Source: the human T2T-CHM13v2.0 reference genome, Homo sapiens. From it: a stretch of 64,000 bases of DNA. How positions within the stretch are numbered: position 1 is the first letter of the stretch; each line of letters starts with the position of its first letter. Below the pieces are notes generated by a model. The model saw only the letters and a list, made by a program, of their open reading frames with translations, ran no database searches and had not been told where the DNA came from. The stretch is from NCBI RefSeq assembly GCF_009914755.1, contig NC_060933.1. One strand, written 5' to 3'. Below are positions 43,131 through 58,199 of this stretch, piece by piece. The translations under genes were made by a program, and so were the position numbers.

Positions 43131-46100
43131 CATTCCATTCCATTCCATTCCATTCCATTGTACTCGGGTTGATTCCATTCCATTGCATTCCATTCCATTC
43201 CATTCCATTCCATTCCGTTGCATTCCATTCCATTACATTCGGATTGACTCTATTCAACACCCTTACTCTCCATTACATTCCATTTCATTCGGGTTGTTCC
43301 ATTCCATTCCATTCCATTCCACTCCATTCCATTGCACTCGGGTTGATTCTATTCCATTCCATTCCATTCCATTCCATTCCATTCCATTCCATTCCATTCC
43401 TTTCCATTACATTACGGATGATTCCATTCCATTGCATTCCATTCCAATCCATTCACCTGTACTCGGGTTGATTCCATTCGATTCGATTCCATTCCATGCC
43501 ATTCCACTCGTGTTGATTCCATTCTTTCCATTCCATTCAATTTGAATAAATTCCATTGCATTCCATTCCATTCGATTCCATTCGATGGCACTCGGGTTGA
43601 TTCCATTCCATTCCATTCCATTCCAGATGATTCCATTCCATTGAATTCCATTCCATTCCATTCCCCTGCACTCGTGTTGATTCCATTCCCTTCCATTCCA
43701 TTCCATTCCGTTCCATTCCATTCCATTCCATTCTATTCCGGTTAATTCCATTCCATTCCATTCCATTCCATTGTAATCGAGTTGATTCCATTCCATTCCT
43801 TTCCATTCCATTCCATTGCCTTGCATTCCACTCGGGTTGATACCATTCCCTTCTTTCCACTCTATTACATTCCCTTCCATTCCACTCGGAATGATTGATT
43901 CCATTCCATTCCATTCCATTTCGTTCCATTGCAATCCTTTCCAATCCATTCCATTCCATTCCATTCCACTCGAGTTGACTTCATTCCATTCCTTTCCATT
44001 CCATTCCATTCCTTTCCACTCGAGTTGATTCCATTCCATTCCATTCCATTGCATTCCATTCCATGCCATTCCACTCGGGTTGATTCCATTCCTTTGCATT
44101 CCATTCCATTTCATTCCATTCCATTCCGTTGCATTCCATTCCATTACATTCGGATTGATTCTATTCAACTCCCTTACTGTCCATTACATTCCATTCCATT
44201 CGGGTTGTTCCATTACATTCCATTCCATTCCACTCCATTCCATTGCACTCGGGTTGATTCCATTCCATTGCATTCCATTCCATTCCATTCCATTCCATTC
44301 CGGATGATTCCATTCCATTGCATTCCGTTCCATTACATTCCCCTGCACTCGCGTTGATTCCGTTCCATTCCATTCCATTCAATTCCATTCCATTACAATT
44401 CGTTCCATTCCATTCTATTCCGTACCATTCCATTCCATTCCATACCATTCCATTCCATTCCATTCCATTCCATTCCATTCCATTCCGTTCCATTCCGTTC
44501 CATTCCATTCCATTCTATTCGGGTTAATTCCATTCCATTCCATTCTATTCCATTCCATTGCAATCAAGTTGAATCCACTGCATTTCATTCCATTCCATTC
44601 CATTCCATTCCATTCCGGAAGATTCCATTCCATTGCATTCCATTCCATTCCATTCCCCTGCACTCGCGTTGATTCCATTCCATTCCATTCCATTCCATTC
44701 CATTCCGTTCCGTTCCGTTCCGTTCCATTCCATTCCATTCTATTCGGGTTAATTCCATTCCATTCCATTCGATTGCAATCGTGTTGATTCCATTCCACTC
44801 CATTCCATTCCATTCCATTCCATTCCGTTCCGTTCCGTTCCGTTCCATTCCTTTCCATTCCATTCTATTCGGGTTAATTCCATTCCATTCCATTCGATTG
44901 CAATCGTGTTGATTCCATTCCATTCCATTCCATTCCATTCCATTCCATTCCATTGCATTCCATTCCGTTCCTTTCCATTCCATTACGGATGATTCCATTC
45001 CATTGCATTCCATTCCATTCCATTCCCCTGTACTCGGGTTGATTCCATTCCATTGCATTCCAATCCATGCCCTTCCACTCGTGTTGATTCCATTCTTTCC
45101 ATTCCATTCAAGTTGAATCCATTCCATTGCATTCCATTCCTTTCGATTCCATTCGATTGCACTCGGGTTGATTCCATTCCACTGCATTCCATTCCATTCC
45201 ATTCCATTCCATTCCATTCCATTCCATTCCGTTCCGTTCCATTCCATTCCATTACATTCGGATTGATTCTATTCAATTCCCTTACATTCCATTACATTCC
45301 ATTCCATTCGGGTAGTTTCCATTCCATTCCATTCCATTACTCTCCATTCCATTGCACTCGGGTTGATTCCATTCCATTGCATTCCATTCCATTCCATTCA
45401 ATTCCATTCCGTTCCATTCCATTCGATTACATTCGGATTGATTCTATTCAACTGCCTTACTCTCCATTACATTCCATTCCATTCGGGCTGTTCCATTCCA
45501 TTCCATTCCGTTCCACTCCATTCCATTGCACTCGGGTTTATTCCATTCCATTCCATTCCATTCCATTCCATTCCATTCCATTCCGGAAGATTCCATTCCA
45601 TTGCATTCCATTCCATTCCATTCTCCTGCACTCGCGTTGATTCCATTCCATTCCATTCCATTCCATTCCATTCCATTCCATTCCATTCCTTTCCGTTCCA
45701 TTCCATTCCATTCCATTCCATTCCATTCCATTCCATTACGTTCCGTTCCGTTCCATTCCATTCCATTCCATTCTATTCGGGTTAATTCCATTCCATTCCA
45801 TTCCATTCCAATCGAGTTGATTCCATTCCATTCCATTCCATTCCATTCCACTCCATTCCAGTCCTTTCCATTCCATTCCACTCGGGTTGATTCCAATGTA
45901 TTCCTTTCCATTCCATTCCATTCCATTGCAATCGAGTTGATTCCATTGCTTTGCATTCCATTCCATTCCATTCCATTCCGGATGATTCCATTCCATTGCA
46001 TTCCATTCCATTCCATTTCCCTGCACTCAGGTTGATTCCATTCCATTCCACTCCATTCCGTTCCATTCCATTCCATTCCATTGTATTCGGGTTAATTCCA

Positions 46101-46529
46101 TTCCTTTCCATTCCATTCCATTCCATTCCATTCCATTCCATTACAATTGAGTTGATTCCATTCCATTCCATTCCATTCCAGGCCTTTCCATTCCATTCCA
46201 CTCGGGTTGATTCCATTCTATTAGTTTCCATTCCATTCCATTCCCTTCCTTTCCACTCTGGTTGATTCCATTCCTTTCCATTCCACTCGAATACATTCCC
46301 TCCTGTTCCACTCGGAGCGATTCCATTCCTTTCCATTCCATTCCATTCCATTCCATTCCATTCCATTTCGTTCCATTCCATTCTATTCCGTATCATTCCA
46401 TTCCATTCCATTCCATTCCATTCCATTCCATTCCACTCGTGTTGATTCTATTCCTTTCCATTCCATTCGGTTTGAAGGCATTCCATTCCATTCCATTCCA
46501 TTCCATTCCATTCCATTCCATTGTACTCG

Positions 46530-48510
46530 GGTTGTTTCCATTCCATTCCATTCCATTCCACTCCATTCCATTGCAATCGGGTTGATTCCATTCCATTCCA
46601 TTGCATTCCATTCCATTCCATTCCATTCCGTATGATTCCATTCCATTGCATTCCATTCCATTCCATTCCCCTGCACTCGGGTGGATTGCATTCTATTCCA
46701 TTCCATTCCATTCCATTCCATTCCATTCCATTCCATTCCATTCTATTCGGGTTAATTTCATTCCATTCCATTCCATTCCCTTCCATTGCATTGCATTCCA
46801 TTCCACTCCATTCCATTGAAATCGAGTTGATTCCATTCCATTCCATTCCATTCCATTCCATTCCATTCCATTCCATTCCATTCCATTCTATTCGGGTTAA
46901 TTCCATTCCATTCCATTCCATTCCATTCCCTTCCATTCCATTCTTTTCCATTCCATTCCATTCCATTCCATTCTATTAGGGTTAATTCCATTCCATTCCA
47001 TTCCATTCCATTCCATTCCATTCCATTGCAATCGAGTTGATTCCATTCCATTCCTTTCCATTCCATTCCATTCAATTCCATTGAACTCGGGTTGATTCCA
47101 TTCCATTCCATGCCATTCCATTTCATTCCATTCCATTCCATTCCATTCCATTCCATTCCATTCCTTTCCGTTCCATTCCATTACATTCGGATTGATTCTA
47201 TTCAATTCACTTACACTCCAATACATTCTATTCCATTCGTGTTGTTTCCATTCTATTCCATTCCATTCCACTCCATTCCATTGCACTCTGGTTGATTCCA
47301 TTCCATTCCCTTCCATTCCGTATGACTCCATTCCATTTCATTCCATTCCATTGCATTCCCCTGCAGTGGAGTTGATTACATTCCATTCCATTCCCTTCCT
47401 TTCCGTTCCATTCCATTCTATTCGGGTTAAATCCATTCCATTCCATTACATTCCATTCCCTTCCATTCTATTCCATTCCATTCCATTCCATTCCTTTCCA
47501 TTCGATTCTATTCGGGTTAATTCCATTCCATTCCATTCCATTCCATTCCATTCCATTCCATTGCAATCGAGTTGATTCCATTCCATTCCATTCCATTCCA
47601 TTCCGGATGATTCCATTCCATTGCCTTTCATTCCATTCCATTACCATGCACTCGGGTTGTTTCCATTCCATTCCATTCCATTCCATTCCATTCCATTCCA
47701 TTCCATTCGATTCTAATCCGTACCATTCAATTCCATTCCATTCCATGCCATTCCATTCCATTCCAGTCCATGCCATTCCACTCGGGTTGATTTCATTCCT
47801 TTCCATTCCATTCTAGTTGTATCCTTTCCATTCTATTCCATTCCATTCGATTCCATTCCATTGCACACGGGTTCATTCCATTCCATTCCATTCCATTCCA
47901 TTCCATTCCATTCCATTCCATTCCATTTCATTCCATTCCATTCTATTCCGTACCATTCCATTCCATTCCATTCCATTCCAGTCCATTCCATGCCATTCCA
48001 CTCGTGTTGATTCCATTCCTTTCCATTCCATTTGGGTTGAATCCATTCCATTCCATTCCATTCCATTCGATTCCATTACATTACACTCGGGTTGATTCCA
48101 TTCCATTCCATTCCATTCCATTTCATTCCATTCCATTCCATTCCATTCCATTCCATTCCATTCCATTCCATACCATTCCATTCCATTCCATTCCATGCCA
48201 TTCCACTCGGGTTGATTCCATTCCTTTCCATTCCTTTCGAGTTGAACCCATTCCATTCCATTCCATTCCATTCCATTCCATTGCACACGGGTTCATTCCA
48301 TTCCATTCCATTCCATTCCATTTCGTTCTTTTCCATTCTATTCCGTACCATTCCATTCCATTCCATTCCATGCCATTCCACTCGGGTTTATTCCATTCCT
48401 TTCCATTCCATTCGGGTTCAATCCGTTCCATTCCCTTCCATTCCATTCGATTCCATTCCATTGCACTCGGGTTGATTCCATTCCATTCCATGCCATTCCA
48501 TTTCATTCAA
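46530..48510 (+). repeat. Island of the distal-type, diverged HSat3 layer
   Basis: Shares motifs otherwise seen only beyond ~58.2 kb: CCGTATGA, CTCGGGTGGATT, GGTTAATTTCA, TTGCACACGGGTTCA, TTCTAATCCGTACC, GTTGAACCC and ATGCACTCGGGTTGT. Confidence 0.75.
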
Positions 48511-51500
48511 TTCCATTCGATTCCATTCCATTCCATTCCGTTCCGTTCCATTCCATTCCATTCCATTCCATTCCGTTCCGTTCCGTTCCATTCCATTCCA
48601 TTCCATTCTATTCTGGTTAATTCCATTCCATTCCATTCGATTGCAATCGAGTTGATTCCATTCCATTCCATTCCATTCCATTCCATTCCATTCCATTCCA
48701 TTCCTTTCCATTACATTATGGATGATTCCATTCCATTGCATTCCATTCCATTCCATTCCCCTGTACTCGGGTTGATTCCATTCCATTCCATTCCATTCCA
48801 TGCCATTCCACTCGTGTTGATTCCATTCTTTCCATTCCATTCAAGGTGAATCCATTCCATTGCATTCCATTCCATTCGATTCCATTCGATTGCACTCGGG
48901 TTGATTCCATTCCATTCCATTCCATTCCATTTCATTCCATTCCTTTCCATTACATTCGGATTGATTCTATTCAATTCCCTTACACTCCATTACATTCCAT
49001 TCCATTCGGGATGTTTCCATTCCATTCCATTCCATTCCACTCCATTCCATTGCGTCGGGTTGACTCCATTCCATTCCATTCCATTCCATTCCATTCCATT
49101 CCATTCCATTCCATTCCGGATGATTCCATTCCATTGCATTCCATTCCATTCCATTCCCCTGCACTCGGGTTGATTACATTCCATTCCCTTCCCTTCCATT
49201 CCTTTCCATTCCATTCCATTCCATTCTATTCGGGTGAATTCGATTCCATTCCATTCCATTCCATTCCATTCCATTCCATTCCATTCCATTCCATTCCCCT
49301 GCAGTCGGGTTGATTCCATTCAATTCCATTCCATTAAATTCCATTCTATTCCATTCCGTTCCATTCCATTCCATTCCATTCCATTCCATTACAATCGAGT
49401 TGATTCCATTCCATTCCATTCCATTCCATTCCATTCCATTCCATTCCACTCCATTCCTTTCCATTCTATTCCACTCGGGTTGATTCCATTCTATTAGTTT
49501 CCATTCCATTCCATTCCCTTCCAATCCACTCTGGTTGATTCCATTGCTTTCCATTCCACCCGAATACATTCCCTCCTATTCAACTCGGAATGATTCCATT
49601 CCATTCCATTCCATTCCATTCCATTTCGTTCCATTCCATTCTATTCCGTACCATTCCATTCCATTCCATTCCATTCCATTCCACTCGTGTTGATTCCATT
49701 TCTTTCCGTTCCATTCGGTTTGAAGCCATTCCATTCCATTCCATTCCATTCCATTCCATTCCATTCCATTCCATTTCATTCCATTGTACTCGGGTTGATT
49801 CCATTCCATTGCATTCCATTCCATTCCATTCAATCCCATTCCGTTCCATTCCATTGCATTACATTCGGATTGATTCTACTCAACTCCCTTACTATCAATT
49901 ACATTCCTTTCCATTCGGATTGATTGTATTCAACTCCCTTACACTCCATTACATTCCATTCCATTCGGGTTGTTCCATTCCATTCCATTCCATTCCACTC
50001 CATTCCATTGCACTCGGGTTGATTCCTTTCCATTCCATTCCATTCCATTCCATTCCATTCCGGATGATTCCATTCCATTGCATTCTGTTCTATTACATTC
50101 CCCTGCACTCGCGTTGATTCCATTCCATTCCATTCCATTCCATTCGATTCCATTCCATTACAATTCGTTCCATTCCATTCTATTCCGTAACATTCCATTC
50201 CATTCCATACCATTCCATTCCATTACATTCCATTCCATTCCACTCCATTCCATTCCGTTCCATTCCGTTCCATTCCGTTCCATTCCATTCCATTCCGTTC
50301 CATTCCATTCCATTCCATTCTATTAGGGTTAATTCCATTCCATTCCATTCCATTCCATTCCATTCTATTCCATTCCATTGCAATCGAGTTGAATCCATTG
50401 CATTCCATTCCATTCCATTCCATTCCGGAAGATTCCATTCCATTGCATTCCATTCCATTCCATTCCCCTGCACTCACGTTGATTCCATTCCATTCCATTC
50501 CATTCCATTCTGTTCCGTTCCATTCCATTCCATTCCATTCCATTCCATTCCATTCCGTTACGTTCCATTCCATTCCATTCCATTCTATTCGGGTTAATTC
50601 CATTCCATTCCATTCGATTGCAATCGAGTTCATTCCATTCCATTCCATTCCATTCCATTCCTTTCCATTCCATTACGGATGATTCCATTCCATTGCATTC
50701 CATTCCATTCCATTCTCCTGTACTCGGGTTGATTCCATTCCATTCCATTCCAATCCATGCCATTCCACTCGTGTTGATTCCTTTCTTTCCATTCCATTCA
50801 AGTTGAATCCATTCCATTGCATTCCATTCCATTCGATTCCATTCGACTGCACTCGGGTTGATTCCATTCCATTCCATTCCATTCCATTCCATTCCATTCC
50901 ATTCGGTTCCATTACATTCCATTACATTCGGATTGATTCTATTCAATTCCTTACACTCCATTACATTCCATTCCATTCGGGTAGTTTCCATTCCATTCCA
51001 TTCCGTTCCTCTCCATTCCATTGCACTCGGGTTGATTCCATTCCATTCCATTCCATTCCATTCCATTCCATTCCATTCCATTCCGGATGATTCCATTCCA
51101 TTGAATTCCATTCCATTCCATTCCCCTGCACTTGGGTTGATTCCATTCCATTCCATTCCATTCCTTTCCGTTCCATTCCATTCCATTCCATTCCATTCTA
51201 TTCGTGTTAATTCCATTCCATTCTATTCCATTCCATTCCATTGAAATCGAGTTGATTCCATTCCATTCCATTCCATTCCATTCCGGATGATTCCATTCCA
51301 TTGCATTCCATTCCATTCCATTCCCCTGTACTCGGGTTGATTCGATTCCATTCCATTCCATTCCATTCCATTACATTCCGTTCCATTCCATTCCATTACA
51401 TTCGGATTGATTCTATTCAATTTCCTTACACTCCATTACATTCCATTCCATTCGGGATGTTTCCATTCCATTCCATTCCATTCCACTCCATTCCATTGCA

Positions 51501-54500
51501 CTCGGGTTGATTGCATTCCATTCCATTCCATTACATTCCGGATGATTCCATTCCATTGCATTCCATTGCATTCCATCCCCCTGCACTCGGGTTGATTACA
51601 TTACATTCCATTTCCTTCCATTCCCTTCCATTCCCTTCCATTCCATTCCATTCCATTGCAATCGAGTTGATTCCATTCCATTCCATTCCATTCCATTCCA
51701 TTGCATTCCATTCCATTCCATTCCGGATGATTGCATTCCATTGCATTCCATTCCATTCCATTCCCCTGCACTCGGGTTGATTCCATTCCATTTCATTCCA
51801 TTACATTCCGTTCCATTCCATTCCATTCCATTCTGTTCGGGTTAATTCCATTCCATTCCATTCCACTCCATTCCATTCGATTGCAATCGTGTTGATTCCA
51901 TTCCATTCCATTCCTTTCCATTCCATTCCATTCCTTTCCATTCCATTACGGATAATTCCATTCCATTGCATTCCATTCCATTCCATTCCCCTGTACTCGG
52001 GTTGATTCGATTCCATTCCATTCCAATCCATGCCATTCCACTCGTGTTGATTCCATTCTTTCCATTCCATTCAAGTTGAATCCATTCCGTTGCATTCCAT
52101 TCCATTCCATTCCCCTGCAGTCGGGTTGATTCCATTCCATTCCATGCCATTGCATTCCATTCCGTTCCGTTCCGTTCCATTCCATTCCATTCCATTCTAT
52201 TCGGGTTAATTCCATTCCATTCCATTCCATTCCATTCCATTCCATTCCAATCGAGTTGATTCCATTCCATTCCATTCCATTCCATTCCACTCCATTCCAG
52301 TCCTTTCCATTCCATTCCACACGGGTTGATTCCAATGTATTCCTTTCCATTCCATTCCATTCCATTGCAATCGAGTTGATTCCATTGCTTTGCATTCCAT
52401 TCCATTCCATTCCATTCCGGATGATTCCATTCCATTGCATTCCATTCCATTCCATTCCCCTGCACTCGGGTTGATTCCATTCCATTCCACTCCATTCCGT
52501 TTCATTCCATTCCATTCCATTTTATTCGGGTTATTTCCTTTCCATTGCATTCCATTCCATTCCATTCCCCTGCACTCGGGTTGATTCCATTCCATTCCAC
52601 TCCTTTCCCTTCCATTCCATTCCATTCCATTGTATTCGGGTTAATTCCATTCCATTCCATTCCATTCCATTCCATTCCATTACAATCGAGTTGATTCCAT
52701 TCCATTCCATTCCATTCCATTCCATTCCAGTCCTTTCCATTCCATTCCACTCGGTTGATTCCATTCTATTAGTTTCCATTCCATTCCATTCCCTTCCATT
52801 CCACTCTGGTTGATTCCATTCCTTTCCATTCCACTCGAATACATTCCCTCCTATTCCACTCGGAATGATTCCATTCCATTCCATTCCATTCCATTCCATT
52901 CCATTTCGTTCCATTCCATTCTATTCCGTATCATTCCTTTCCATTCCATTCCATTCCATTCCACTCGTGTTGATTCCATTCCTTTCCATTCTATTCGGTT
53001 TGATGGCATTCCATTCCATTCCTTTCCATTCCATTCCATTCCATTCCATTCCATTTTACTCGGGTTGATTCCATTCCATTGCATTCCATTCCATTCCATT
53101 CCATTCCGTTGCATTCCATTACATTCAGATTGATTCTATTCAACTCCCTTACTATCCATTACATTCCATTCTATTCGTGTTGTTCCATTCCATTCCATTC
53201 CATTCCACTCCATTCCATTGCACTCGGGTTGACTCCATTCCATTCCATTTTATTCCATTCCATTCCGGATGATTCCATTCCATTGCATTCCGTTCCATTA
53301 CATTCCCCTGCACTCGCGTTGATTCCATTCCATTCCATTCAATTCCATTCCATTACGATTCATTCCATTCCATTCTATTCCGTACCATTCCATTCCATTC
53401 CATACCATTCCATTCCATTCCGTTCCATTCCGTTCCATTGCATTCCATTCCATTCTATTCGGGTTAATTCCATTCCATTCCATTCCATTCCATTCTATTC
53501 CATTTCATTGCAATCGAGTTGAATCCATTGCATTTCATTCCATTCCATTCCATTCCATTCCATTCCATTCCGGAAGATTCCATTCCATTGCATTCCATTC
53601 CATTCCATTCCCCTGCACTCACGTTGATTCCATTCCATTCCATTCCATTCCATTCCGTTCCGTTCCGTTCCATTCCATTCCATTCCATTCCATTCCGTTC
53701 CGTTCCATTCCATTCCATTCCATTCCATTCTATTTGGGTTAATTCCATTCCATTCCATTCGATGGCAATCGAGTTGATTCCATTCCATTCCATTCCATTC
53801 CATTCCATTCCTTTCCATTCCATTACGGATGATTCCATTCCATTGCATTCCATTCCATTCCATTCCCCTGTACTCGGGTTGATTCCATTCCATTCCATTC
53901 CAATCCATGCCATTCCACTCGTGTTGATTCCATTCTTTCCATTCCATTCAAGTTGAATCCATTCCATTGCATTCCATTCCATTCGATTCCATTCGATTGC
54001 ACTCGGGTTGATTCCATTCCATTGCATTCCATTCCATTCCATTCCATTCCATTCCGTTCCATTCCATTCCATTACATTCGGATTGATTCTATTCAATTCC
54101 CTTACACTCCATTACATTCCATTCCATTCGGGTAGTTTCCATTCCATTCCATTCCATTCCTCTCCATTCCATTGCACTCGGGTTGATTCCTTTCCATTGC
54201 ATTCCATTCCATTCCATTCAATTCCATTCCGTTCCATTCCATTCCATTACATTCGGATTGATTCTATTCAACTCCCGAACTCTCCATTACATTCGATTCC
54301 ATTCGGGTTGTTCCATTCCATTCCATTCCATTCCATTCCACTCCATTCCATTGCACTCGGGTTGATTCCATTCCATTCCATTCCATTCCGGAAGATTCCA
54401 TTCCATTGCATTCCATTACATTCCATTCCCCTGCACTCGCGTTGATTCCATTCCATTCCATTCCATTCCATTCCTTTCTGTTCCATTCCATTCCATTCCA

Positions 54501-57500
54501 TTCCGTTCCATTCCGTTCCATTCCATTCCATTCCATTCTATTTGGGTTAATTCCATTCCATTCCATTCGATTTCAATCGAGTTGATTCCATTCCATTCCA
54601 TACCATTCCTTTCCATTCCATTACGGATGATTCCATTCCATTGCAATCCATGCCATTCCACTCGTGTTGATTCCATTCTTTCCATTCCATTCAAGTTGAA
54701 TCCATTCCATTGCATTCCATTCCATTCCATTCCCCTTCAATCGGGTTGATTCCATTCCGTTCCATTCCATTCCTTTCCATTCCATTCCATTCCATTCCGT
54801 TCCTTTCCATTTAATTCCATTCCATTCTATTCGGGTTAATTCCATTCCATTCCATTCCATTCCATTCCATTCCAATGCATTTCATTCCAATCGAGTTGAT
54901 TCCATTCCATTCCATTCCATTCCATTCCACTGCATTCCAGTCCTTTCCATTCCATTCCACTCGGGTTGATTCCAATGTATTCCTTTCCATTCCATTCCAT
55001 TCCATTGCAATCGAGTTGATTCCATTGCTTTGCATTCCATTCCATTCCATTCCATTCCGGATGATTCCATTCCATTGCATTCCATTCCATTCCATTCCCC
55101 TGCACTCGGGTTGATTCCATTCCATTCCTCTCCATTCCGTTCCATTCCATTCCATTCCGTTGTATTCGGGTTAATTCCATTCCATTCCATTCCATTCCAT
55201 GCCATTCCATTCCAGTCATTTCCATTCCATTCCACTCGGGTTGATTCCATTCTATTAGTTTCCATTCCATTCCTTTCCCTTCCATTCCACTCTGGTTGAT
55301 TCCATTCCTTTCCATTCCACTCGAATACATTCCCTCCTATTCCACTCGGAACGATTCCATTCCATTCCATTCCATTCCACTCCATTTCGTCCCATTCCAT
55401 TCTATTCCGTACCATTCCATTACATTCCTTTCCATTCCATTCCATTCCACTCGTATTGATTCCATTCATTTCCATTCCATTCGGTTTGAAGGCATTCCAA
55501 TCCATTCAATTCCATTCCATTCCATTCCATTCCATTCCATTCCATTCCATTGTACTCGGGTTGATTCCATTCCATTGCATTCCATTCCATTCCATTCCAT
55601 TCCATTCCGTTGCATTCCATTCCATTACATTCGGATTGATTCTATTCAACTCCCTTACTCTCCATTACATTGCATTCCATTCCGGTTGTTCCATTCCATT
55701 CCATTCCATTCCACTCCATTCCATTGCACTCGGGTTGATTCCATTCCATTCCATTCCATTCCATTCCGGATGATTCCATTCCATTGCATTCCGTTCCATT
55801 ACATTCCCCTGCACTCGCGTTGATTCCATTCCATTCCATTCCATTCCATTCCATTCCATTCCATTCCGTTCCGTTCCGTTACATTCCATTCCATTCCATT
55901 CCATTCCATTCCATTCCATTCCGTTCCGTTCCATTCCATTCCGTTCCATTCTATTTGGGTTAATTCCATTCCATTCCATTCGATTGCAATCGAGTTGATT
56001 CCATTCCATTCCATTCCATTCCATTCCATTCCATTCCATTCCATTCCATTCCTTTCCATTCCATTACGGATGATTCCATTCCATTGCATTCCATTCCATT
56101 CCATTCCCCTGTACTCGGGTTGATTCCATTGCATTCCATTCCAATCCATGCCATTCCACTCGTGTTGATTCCATTCTTTCCATTCCATTCAAGTTGAATC
56201 CATTACATTGCATTGCATTCCATTCGATTCCATTCGATTGCACTCGGGTTGATTCCATTCCATTCCATTCCATTCCATTCCATTCCATTCCATTCCATTA
56301 CATTCGGATTGATTCTATTCAATTCCCTTACACTCCATTACATTCCATTCCATTCGGGTAGTTTCCATTCCATTCCGTTCCATTCCTCTCCATTCCATTG
56401 CACTCGGGTTGATTCCATTCCATTGCATTCCATTCCATTCCATTCAATTCCATTCCGTTCCATTCCATTCCATTACATTCGGAATGATTCTATTCAACTC
56501 CCTTACTCTCCATTACATTCCATTCCATTCGGGTTGTTCCATTCCATTCCATTCCATTCCACTCCATTCCATTGCACTCGGGTTGATTCCATTCCATTCC
56601 ATTCAATTCCATTCCGGAAGATTCCATTCCATTCCATTCCATTCCATTCCATTCCATTCCGTTCCTTTCCGTTCCATTCCATTCCATTCCATTCCATTCC
56701 GTTCCGTTCCGTTCCGTTCCATTCCATTCCATTCCATTCTATTCGGGTTAATTCCTTTCCATTCCATTCGATTGCAATCGAGTTGATTCCATTCCATTCC
56801 ATTCCATTCCATTCCATTCCATTCCTTTCCATTCCATTACGGATGATTCCATTCCATTGCATTCCATTCCATTCCATTCCCCTGTACTCGGGTTGATTCC
56901 ATTCCAATCCATTCCAATCCATGCCATTCCACTCGTGTTGATTCCATTCTTTCCATTCCATTCAAGTTGAATCCATTCCATTGCATTCCATTCCATTCCA
57001 TTCCCCTGCAGTCGGGTTGATTCCATTCCATTCCATTCCATTCCATTCCGTTCCATTCCATTCCATTCCATTCCGTTCCATTTAATTCCATTCCATTCTA
57101 TTCGGGTTAATTCCATTCCATTCCATTCCATTCCATTCCATTCCAATCGAGTTGATTCCATTCCATTCAATTCCATTCCATTCCACTCCATTCCAGTCCT
57201 TTCCATTCCATTACACTCGGGTTGATTCCATTCTATTCCTTTCCATTCCATTCCATTCCATTGCAATCGAGTTGATTCCATTTCTTTGCATTCCATTCCA
57301 TTCCATTCCATTCCGGATGATTCCATTCCATTGCATTCCATTCCATTCCATTCCCCTGCACTCGGGTTGATTCCATTCCATTCCACTCCATTCCGTTCCA
57401 TTCCATTCCATTCCATTGTATTCGGGTTAATTTCATTCCATTCCATTCCATTCCATTCCATTCCATTCCATTACAATCGAGTTGATTCCATTCCATTCCA

Positions 57501-58199
57501 TTCCATTCCATTCCATTCCATTCCATTCCTTTCCATTCCTTTCCACTCTGGTTGATTCCATTCTATTAGTTTCCATTCCATTCCATTCCCTTCCATTCCA
57601 CTCTGGTTGATTCCATTCCTTTCCATTCCACTCGAATACATTCCCTCCTATTCCACTCGGAACGATTCCATTCCATTCCATTCCATTCCATTCCATTCCA
57701 TTCCATTCCATTCCATTGCAGTTCGTTCGATTCCATTCTATTCCGTACCATTCCATTCCATTCCATTCCTTTCCATTCCATTCCTTTCCACTCGTGTTGA
57801 TTCCATTCCTTTCCATTCCATTCGGTTTGAAGGCATTCCATTCCATTCAATTCCATTCCATTCCATTCCATTCCATTCCATTCCATTCTATTCCATTCCA
57901 TTGAAATCGAATTGAATCCATTGCCTTTCATTCCATTCCATTCCATTCCATTCCATTCCGGAAGATTCCATTCCATTGCATTCCATTCCATTCCATTCCC
58001 CTGCACTCGCGTTGATTCCATTGTATTCCATTCCATTCCATTCCGTTCCGTTCCATTCCATTCCATTCCATTCCATTCCATTCCATTCCATTCCATTCCA
58101 TTCCTTTCCATTCCATTCCGGATGATTCCATTCCATTGCATTCCATTGCATTCCATTCCCCTGTACTCGGGTTGATCCCATTCCATTCCATTCCATTCC

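Noticed and set aside
42316-43545. Longest + strand ORF (409 aa); likewise 15266-16414 (382 aa)
   Set aside because: Pure satellite translation. The length results from -1 register shifts dodging the TGA/TAA codons in the interspersed motifs.
11823-57665. CRISPR-like arrangement of a conserved 35-bp motif separated by variable sequence
   Set aside because: Spacing is 0.9-8 kb and irregular, the intervening DNA is the same satellite rather than unique spacers, and there are no cas genes or leader.
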